From the NCBI GenBank assembly GCA_028279595.1, contig JANQNK010000006.1, positions 96,001 through 160,000 on the forward strand: DNA of 64,000 bases, written 5' to 3'. This document shows, in pieces, positions 57,523 through 64,000 of this stretch. Source of the stretch: Thermoplasmatota archaeon. Its GTDB lineage: Archaea > Thermoplasmatota > JAKEGO01. The translations under genes and the position numbers were made by a program. The notes below the pieces were generated by a model that saw only the letters and a list, made by a program, of their open reading frames with translations, searched no databases and had not been told where the DNA came from. The first letter of the stretch is position 1; each line of letters starts with the position of its first letter.

Positions 57523-58821
57523 CTACTCCAGGTCCTCCTTCGTCAGTATCCTCACGGATGAGGGGACCTTGATGACGTTCCCGACCTTCACGCCGATGAG
57601 GTTCTTCACGTCCTTCTCCGCGCTGATGTCGAGAAGCCTCTGGGAGATTATTCCGTCGAAGACGACGGAGTCGACCTCCTTGTTGCTCTCCTTGAGCTTG
57701 TCAGCGAGGTCCTTGACCAGCACTTCCTTTATGACCTTGGTGTTGTTGTCGAAGAAGACCGCCTTCTGCTTCCCCGCAAGCCTCTCGAGGGTATCCTTGA
57801 ACTTCTCCTGTTCCTTCGACAGGGTCGGTTCGGGCTGTGCGGGTTCCTGGGGCGGCTCCTCCACTATGGGCGGCTGTTCCTGAGGCTTGTTCTGGCCCCT
57901 GTTCTGGTTCTTTCCGCCCTTGTCCTTTCCCTTGCCGCGTCCGGAGTCCTTTCCACCCTTGCCATTCTTGCCCTGACCGTTCTCGTCACCCAATCCGAAG
58001 ATCGAGATGTACTGGTCGACGGGCATCTTGTTCCTGACGGATTTCATCATCTGTTTGAGTGTCAGTTCCTCGACCTCCGTGTTCGGAGGTGCCCTGGCGA
58101 TGAAGTCGACCTCGGCGCGCTGAAGAAGCTCCCGTATGATGAGCTCTCCGCCGCGGTCGCCGTCAACGAACACGGTCACGACGCGTTCCTTCGAAAGGTC
58201 GATGACGGTCTTGGGTATGTTCGTTCCCTCGACGGCTATAGCGTTCTTGATGCCGTACTTGAGTAGGTTGATCACATCGGAGCGTCCCTCGACGACGATG
58301 ATGTCGTCGGACGTCTCGAGTGTGGGTCCCGCAGGGCACTTGTCGTCGCCGTAGATGACGATCTCTTCCATCTGCACGGCCTGCCTGACCGTCTGCGTGA
58401 TGTCGAGACCCGCTGTCTTCGACTTTTCTAGGATCTCTCCTAGGAGGTCCTTCGCCCTGTCGACGATCTGCCTCTTCTTCTGCGCCCGGACATCATCGAT
58501 CTCCTTGATGCCGATGTGGGCCTTGCACGGTCCGACGCGCTCGATCGTCTCGAGAGCGGACGCGAGTATGGCGGTCTCCACCTGGTCCAGGCTGGACGGC
58601 AGAATTATGGACCCCTCCGACTTCCCCTTCTTTGATGAGATGTCAACCTCTATCCGGCCGATGCGGCCGGTCTTCTGAAGTTCGCGCAGGTCGAGCTCCT
58701 CTCCAAGGAGCCCCTCTGTCTGTCCGAAGATCGCACCGACGACATCGGGTTTCTCCACCACGCCGTCGGTCGAAATTGTTGCTGTTATCACGTATTTTGT
58801 CGTATTCGGGTCGATGTTCAT
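57523..58821 (-). CDS. dnaG: Archaeal DnaG (primase-like, exosome-associated)
   Basis: GVVEKPDVVGAIFGQTEGLLG, TOPRIM VEGRSDV...DGDRGG, FDGIISQRLLD. Confidence 0.96.
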   Translation of the reverse strand: MNIDPNTTKYVITATISTDGVVEKPDVVGAIFGQTEGLLGEELDLRELQKTGRIGRIEVDISSKKGKSEGSIILPSSLDQVETAILASALETIERVGPCKAHIGIKEIDDVRAQKKRQIVDRAKDLLGEILEKSKTAGLDITQTVRQAVQMEEIVIYGDDKCPAGPTLETSDDIIVVEGRSDVINLLKYGIKNAIAVEGTNIPKTVIDLSKERVVTVFVDGDRGGELIIRELLQRAEVDFIARAPPNTEVEELTLKQMMKSVRNKMPVDQYISIFGLGDENGQGKNGKGGKDSGRGKGKDKGGKNQNRGQNKPQEQPPIVEEPPQEPAQPEPTLSKEQEKFKDTLERLAGKQKAVFFDNNTKVIKEVLVKDLADKLKESNKEVDSVVFDGIISQRLLDISAEKDVKNLIGVKVGNVIKVPSSVRILTKEDLE

Positions 58822-58993
58822 TACACCACCTTCCCAGAATCACATCGACATAACTCTGCTACACGCTCCATCCTCCCGGCCGTTGCCGGGGGGTGCGTGT
58901 CGTATGATCGTAAGACCGTGAGTGATGAATCATGTGATTCTGATGGTCAATACCGAATGCCTGTATATATACTCTCCCCTGACCGTCCTGTCA

Positions 58994-59005
58994 TTTCCAC
59001 TGGAA
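58994..59005 (-). promoter_or_regulatory. ORB-like (Orc1/Cdc6 recognition box) motif
   Basis: Minus-strand TTCCAGTGGAAA, G4 run 14 nt downstream, next to an AT-rich tract (59020-59075). Confidence 0.4.
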
Positions 59006-59187
59006 TCAAAGGTACTGTCAAACAACAAATGAAGGCAATAAATTGTACTTCTTTTATATAACAAACTCAAATTCTGCCATTTCGATGCTACACGTCGTTC
59101 TACGATAACCCGCAATAATGAGGATATATGTTCTCGATGCGGTCCGCTTACATTCTCTTTTTATAATCCCCGGGAAATGACGTCACG

Positions 59188-60573
59188 ATGAGCCGGACCA
59201 AGATCGTGTGCACGATAGGACCAGCGTCGGGATCCAAGGAGACGGTTACGACCATGCTAGAGTCGGGAATGAACGTGGCGAGGATCAACTTCTCGCACGG
59301 GACGGCAGAGGTGAATTCTCGATATATCGGCAACGTTCGTTCGGCCGCGAAAGGGATCGATGGTCATGTCGGGATATTGCAGGACCTGCAGGGACCGAGG
59401 TTCCGTGTGTCCGGTGTTCCACAGGATACTGTCCTGGAACCCGGAATGACCGTGACCCTGGGCGGTCCGGGCGCCGACATCCAGTTGACCTCACCGGGAG
59501 TGCTGCAGCTCCTTGACGAGGGGGACAGGGTGATGATCGACGGAGGTCTCATCGAACTCGGGCTCACCGGTATGGGAGACACGCCTACGTTCGACGTGAT
59601 AACCGGAGGTCCCGTAACCCCTGGAAGGGGCGTCAACCTCCCGGACACGACCATCGACCTGCCACCTCTGACGGGCAAGGACCTCGAGGACCTCAAGACA
59701 GGTAAGGAGATGGGGGTTGACATCGTCGCCCTGTCGTTCGTTCAACGCGGGGACGATGTACGGCTCCTCCGCGACACACTCGAGGAGATGGGCTCCGAGG
59801 CATGGATAGTGGCCAAGATCGAGAGACGCCAGGCCGTCGACGACATAGACGAGATACTGAGGCTCACCGACGGCATCATGATCGCAAGGGGCGACCTCGG
59901 GGTCGAGATGCCTATGGAGGAGGTCCCACGGGTCCAGAAGCTCCTCATCGAGAGGGCCAACAGGCGGTCACGGTTCGTGATAACCGCGACCCAGATGCTG
60001 GAGACGATGATGGATAGTCCCCAACCGACAAGGGCAGAGGTCAGCGACGTCGCGAACGCGATCATCGACGGTTCGGACGCCATCATGCTCTCGGGGGAGA
60101 CGGCAGTGGGCAAGTACCCGGTCGAATCCGTCAAAAGGATGGAGAGCATCGCCCGCGAGACGGAGCAGAACCTGGAGAACGACCTTACCTATCACGTCCC
60201 TGACGAGCTCGTCGTAAAGGAAGCCGTATCACACACGGCATGCGTCCTGGCGACCAACCTCGAGGCGAGGAGGATCGTGGCATTCACCGGGTCCGGATCG
60301 ACGGCGAGGCGGTTATCGAAGTACAGACATCCCATCCCCGTAGATGGATTCACACCTTCCGTTGGCGCGGCCAATCGCATGTCCATCCTGTGGGGTGTGA
60401 CCCCACACGTGGTTCCCGTCGTCAATGCGACTGACGGGATATTCGATGTAGTGGACTCCACGATGAAGAAAAAGGGCCTGGCAGAACCGGAGGACCTCGT
60501 CCTCGTCGTGGTGGGCCTGCCCATCGATGAACCCGGGACGACCAACATGGTCAAGGCCCATCGGATCGGTTGA
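59188..60573 (+). CDS. pyk: Pyruvate kinase
   Basis: TKIVCTIGPAS, ARINFSHG, DLQGP, AKIE, IMIARGDLG.E, ATQMLE.M, MLSGETA.GKYP. Confidence 0.97.
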   Translation: MSRTKIVCTIGPASGSKETVTTMLESGMNVARINFSHGTAEVNSRYIGNVRSAAKGIDGHVGILQDLQGPRFRVSGVPQDTVLEPGMTVTLGGPGADIQLTSPGVLQLLDEGDRVMIDGGLIELGLTGMGDTPTFDVITGGPVTPGRGVNLPDTTIDLPPLTGKDLEDLKTGKEMGVDIVALSFVQRGDDVRLLRDTLEEMGSEAWIVAKIERRQAVDDIDEILRLTDGIMIARGDLGVEMPMEEVPRVQKLLIERANRRSRFVITATQMLETMMDSPQPTRAEVSDVANAIIDGSDAIMLSGETAVGKYPVESVKRMESIARETEQNLENDLTYHVPDELVVKEAVSHTACVLATNLEARRIVAFTGSGSTARRLSKYRHPIPVDGFTPSVGAANRMSILWGVTPHVVPVVNATDGIFDVVDSTMKKKGLAEPEDLVLVVVGLPIDEPGTTNMVKAHRIG

Positions 60574-60639
60574 GCTCAGTTCCACTCACCTTTCGTCAAA
60601 CCTATATATCGCTGGATTGTTACACGAACGGGGGTAGAT

Positions 60640-63063
60640 ATGAAGTGGAACGTACGTTTGGTCAACGGCTCCTACCGGCGCAGCGATCGCGCCGTGACGG
60701 TAGAGCTGTTCGGCCGTACGGACGACGGACGTTCCGCAACGATCCTATACGACGGTTTCCGGCCATACTTCGTCCTTGTGGAACCCCCTGCTGACGTCAT
60801 CGAGGAGCTGGAGTCCGATACGGACGCCGAGATGGAGAACCTGACGCTCTGGGTGGAGGGCGCTGACCGTGAATGCATGAAGGTGACGGTGAGGTTCCCG
60901 TGGACCGTTCCCGATTACCGCCGGCGTTTCTCCGACAGATGCCAGGTCATGGCGGCCGACATCCCGTTCTACCAGAGGTTCATCTACGACATGGACCTGG
61001 GATCGTGCACTGCGGTCGAGGGCACCGAGGTGACCGACGACTCCAGGAACATGTACACGACCGAACTGGTGATCCAGGCCGAATCCTTCCTCGAGGCGGA
61101 ACCCTTCAAGCCTCCCCTGTCGATCCTGTCGATAGACATTGAGAACAGGATAGAGAAGGTCCTCCACGACGGACGTATCCTCGTCATCGGATGGGCCTAC
61201 CGGCGCGTGGACGGAGAGCTCGAGACCGGCCGCCTCCTGTCCGAGAACGAGGGTGAGATGATCCGTAACCTCGTCGAACTGGTGGCCAAGACCGATCCCG
61301 ATGTCATCACCGGATACAACATCGAGGGGTACGACCTGCCGTTCATCGCCGCCAGGGGCGGTCGGTACGGACATCCCTTGGCGATCGGGAGGGACCGGTC
61401 GGAGGCCCGCGAGGGTGGGTCCGGCGGCTACTATCAGCGCGTTAAGGGGAGGGTCGTCGCCGACGCATGGAAGGCGGTCAAACGCGAGGTCCGTCCGAAG
61501 AAGGAGACGCTCGGTTATGTTTCGCAGCTGCTGATCGGCGAGACGAAGCACGATGTCGATTCTAGGAAGATGAACCAGCTGTGGGAGACCGAACGTGACA
61601 AGGTGGTCGAATACTGCATCAACGATGCGGTGATCACATTGAAGATCCTCGAGAAGCTCAACGTCCTCGACAAGGGAATGGACCTGGCGACGGTGTCGAA
61701 GGTCCCGCTCGACGACGTTGTCAACGGGCGTACCTCGTCGCTCATCGATTCCATACTCATACGGAAGGCGGACCGCGAGAACATAGGTGTTCCAGTCACC
61801 CATCGCCGATCGTCCGATAGCAAGATCGAAGGCGGGTACGTCCACAGCATCAGGGCCGGACTGTATCACTGGGTATGCGTCCTCGACTTCAAATCGATGT
61901 ATCCCAGCGTTATCATCGGCAACAACATCTGTTTCACCACGCTCAGCGACGAAGGCACGATACAGAGCCCGATAGGCGTCCGATTCCTGACGAAGGACAA
62001 AAGGGAAGGGCTCCTGCCGCGCATCCTCGAGGACCTCATGCGCCAGAGGGACCTCTTCAAGAGGCTGAGGAACGAGGCCCAGGACGAGGAGATGGAGAAC
62101 TACTACAACGGCCTCCAGGACGCGGTCAAGATCCTCATGAACTCCTTCTACGGCGTGTTCGCATCGAGCTTCTACCGGTTCACAGACAAGAACATCGGCG
62201 CCTCGATCACGGCATTCTCGAGGGAGAACATCAAGCGCATCATCAAGGGCCTCGAGGACGAGGGGTACGAGGTCGTCTACTCGGACACCGACAGCATATT
62301 CGTCCTGTCCCCGGTGGCCGAACTCAACGGGTCGGTGGAGTTCGGCGAGACCATGGCGAAGAGGTACACCGAGGGTTCGATCGTACTGGAATTCGAGAAG
62401 ATCCTCGACCCGCTCTTCTCGCACGGTGCCAAGAAGAGGTACGTGGGCAAGGTGGTGTGGCCGACCGAGCAGATGCTGGTCCGGGGATACGAGACGCGCC
62501 GGACCGACTCCTTCGACATGCAGACCGACGCGCTCAACGAGATCTTCAAGCTCGTCCTCGACGGTATGACGGATGAGGCCGTCCAGCGGGCAAAGGAGAT
62601 CGTACTCGACATCAGGAAGGGGAATGTCGAGCCCGAGAGGCTGGTCATCTCCAGGTCATGCCAGCCCTTCGAGACCTACAAGAACCCGGAACGACTCGCA
62701 TGGGTGCAGACCGCGAAGAAGATGATGGACCGCGGTTTCGAGTTCGTACCCGGAATGAAGGTGTCCTGGATCGTGACGAACGCGAAAGAGACGCCTCAGC
62801 GGGTCGAACCATTCGTTGATGACGTCGACTTCGAATACGAGCCCGACTGGAACTATTACGCACACAGGGTCGCAACCTCCCTCGCGAGGGTGACGGACGT
62901 CTTCGGTTGGGACGACAAGGCGCTCCTTGAGGGGCGACAGCAGAAGACGCTCGGCAGTTTCACGGGGGATGAGGAAGACCCGCAGGTGCATCAGGAGGAT
63001 GTCATACTGGACGTCGTCCCTGAAAAGAAGGTGAAGGTTAGATCACTGGAAGATTTCCTCTAG
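60640..63063 (+). CDS. polB: Family B DNA polymerase
   Basis: Exo DIE / GYN...YD / YC..D; Pol DFKSMYPS, KILMNSFYG, YSDTDS, KKRY. Confidence 0.96.
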   Translation: MKWNVRLVNGSYRRSDRAVTVELFGRTDDGRSATILYDGFRPYFVLVEPPADVIEELESDTDAEMENLTLWVEGADRECMKVTVRFPWTVPDYRRRFSDRCQVMAADIPFYQRFIYDMDLGSCTAVEGTEVTDDSRNMYTTELVIQAESFLEAEPFKPPLSILSIDIENRIEKVLHDGRILVIGWAYRRVDGELETGRLLSENEGEMIRNLVELVAKTDPDVITGYNIEGYDLPFIAARGGRYGHPLAIGRDRSEAREGGSGGYYQRVKGRVVADAWKAVKREVRPKKETLGYVSQLLIGETKHDVDSRKMNQLWETERDKVVEYCINDAVITLKILEKLNVLDKGMDLATVSKVPLDDVVNGRTSSLIDSILIRKADRENIGVPVTHRRSSDSKIEGGYVHSIRAGLYHWVCVLDFKSMYPSVIIGNNICFTTLSDEGTIQSPIGVRFLTKDKREGLLPRILEDLMRQRDLFKRLRNEAQDEEMENYYNGLQDAVKILMNSFYGVFASSFYRFTDKNIGASITAFSRENIKRIIKGLEDEGYEVVYSDTDSIFVLSPVAELNGSVEFGETMAKRYTEGSIVLEFEKILDPLFSHGAKKRYVGKVVWPTEQMLVRGYETRRTDSFDMQTDALNEIFKLVLDGMTDEAVQRAKEIVLDIRKGNVEPERLVISRSCQPFETYKNPERLAWVQTAKKMMDRGFEFVPGMKVSWIVTNAKETPQRVEPFVDDVDFEYEPDWNYYAHRVATSLARVTDVFGWDDKALLEGRQQKTLGSFTGDEEDPQVHQEDVILDVVPEKKVKVRSLEDFL

Positions 63064-63086
63064 GCTCGAATAGGGTAACGTCCTCT

Positions 63087-63887
63087 CTAAAGACCGTCTG
63101 CATATTCTCTGAAAGCGGGATCGGTCTCGCCGATGGTCGGCCTGAACGGTCTCGATGCGGCGACCGTTTCGGGGTCCAGGTTCACGGATACGATCCCTTC
63201 CTCGAAGTAAGGTCCTTTGGCTATGAGGTTGCCTCTCGGGTCCAGTGCCTGACATCCGCCCCAGAAGACAAGGCTCTTCTCCGTACCCACGAGGTTGGTG
63301 TAGAGTGAATAGATGGTGTTCTCTATCGACCGCGCCGGAAGGACACGCTCGAAGTAGATCCGAGTGACGGACGGCGAGGCGGACATGTCGACGATCGCGT
63401 CGACGCCCCTCATCGCGTATGCCTTGACGAGCTCGGGGAAGAACACGTCGAAGCAGATGATGATGCCGAAGGTCATACCGCCGAGTTCGAACGTCGTGAG
63501 TCCCTTCCCGGGACGGAAGTAGTACCTTTCGTCGAAAGGACCGAAGTTGACGAGATGGTGCTTGTAATAGACATCGACCTCGCCGCCAGGGGCCACGTGG
63601 ACGGCGGAATTGTGGACATAGCCTCGGTCGCCCGCCCTCAGCGGAAGACCCGCGAGGATCGAGGCTCCGTGTTCTGCCGATATCTTCTTCAATCGCGCTA
63701 TCGACGGGCCATCCACGGTCTCGGCCATGGTGTAGTTGTCATCGAGCAATGAATAACCGGTCACCGACATCTCTGGAAAGATGTACATATCATGGTCGCC
63801 GGCGGAAACGATCTCCTCGGTCCTGTCGAGGTTGGTCTCCTTGTCGCGGAGCGCAGGCCTGAACTGGGCGAGGGCCGCGCGGACCGT
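63087..63887 (-). CDS. Carbon-nitrogen hydrolase (nitrilase superfamily)
   Basis: (V)RAALAQ, FPEM, Y.K.HL, ICFD..FPE triad; frame extends 99 nt above the ORF-track ATG. Confidence 0.9.
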   Translation of the reverse strand, partial: TVRAALAQFRPALRDKETNLDRTEEIVSAGDHDMYIFPEMSVTGYSLLDDNYTMAETVDGPSIARLKKISAEHGASILAGLPLRAGDRGYVHNSAVHVAPGGEVDVYYKHHLVNFGPFDERYYFRPGKGLTTFELGGMTFGIIICFDVFFPELVKAYAMRGVDAIVDMSASPSVTRIYFERVLPARSIENTIYSLYTNLVGTEKSLVFWGGCQALDPRGNLIAKGPYFEEGIVSVNLDPETVAASRPFRPTIGETDPAFREYADGL

Positions 63888-63891
63888 CCAA

Positions 63892-64000
63892 TCACTTCCC
63901 GGACGTGAACTCGGTGTAACCGCAGGCGCCGCAGGACTTCCTGTCCTTGTGCTCGGCGAGGAAGATGCCGGGGCCGCATCTCGGGCACTCGGTCTTGAGG
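63892..64000 (-). CDS. rps27ae: 30S ribosomal protein S27ae (5'-truncated by the window edge)
   Basis: [31 protein letters not shown]. Confidence 0.93.
   Translation of the reverse strand, partial: LKTECPRCGPGIFLAEHKDRKSCGACGYTEFTSGK

Noticed and set aside
1-64000. CRISPR arrays, transposases, integrases, reverse transcriptase/DGR, rRNA or tRNA genes
   Set aside because: None recognisable; repeats are confined to protein-coding domains and intergenic gaps are short.

Overview
GC-rich (~60%) archaeal chromosomal segment, most consistent with an uncultured Thermoplasmatota lineage (archaeal r-proteins L24e/S28e/L7Ae/L18e/L13/S9/S27ae, RpoN, aIF5B, aIF2-beta-TRAM, Cbf5, archaeal DnaG, PolB, GGTGA Shine-Dalgarno sites, TATA promoters). 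It starts inside a >4100-aa repetitive, acidic surface protein. Next come housekeeping translation genes, a secreted clostripain-family protease and SepF. A tungsten/aldehyde:ferredoxin oxidoreductase cluster follows, preceded by three unexplained envelope genes. The rest holds a STAND-TPR regulator, urocanase, a protease-less Lon-like ATPase coupled to dnaG, pyruvate kinase and PolB. The best candidate for an undescribed system is a tightly coupled six-gene operon (51736->43144, minus strand). It encodes a multi-Ig surface protein with a 5-TM anchor, a helical/beta-sandwich adaptor and four coiled-coil proteins. Four of the five soluble proteins end in the same DnaJ-like CxxCxGxG zinc hairpin, and three begin with a shared M[IV][KR]xx[STE]E[DE]E motif. 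The second candidate is a putative pterin-cofactor (Mo/W-co) binding and uptake module upstream of the AOR. I found no CRISPR, rRNA, tRNA or mobile element. All product calls come from motif recognition by eye, not database searches.
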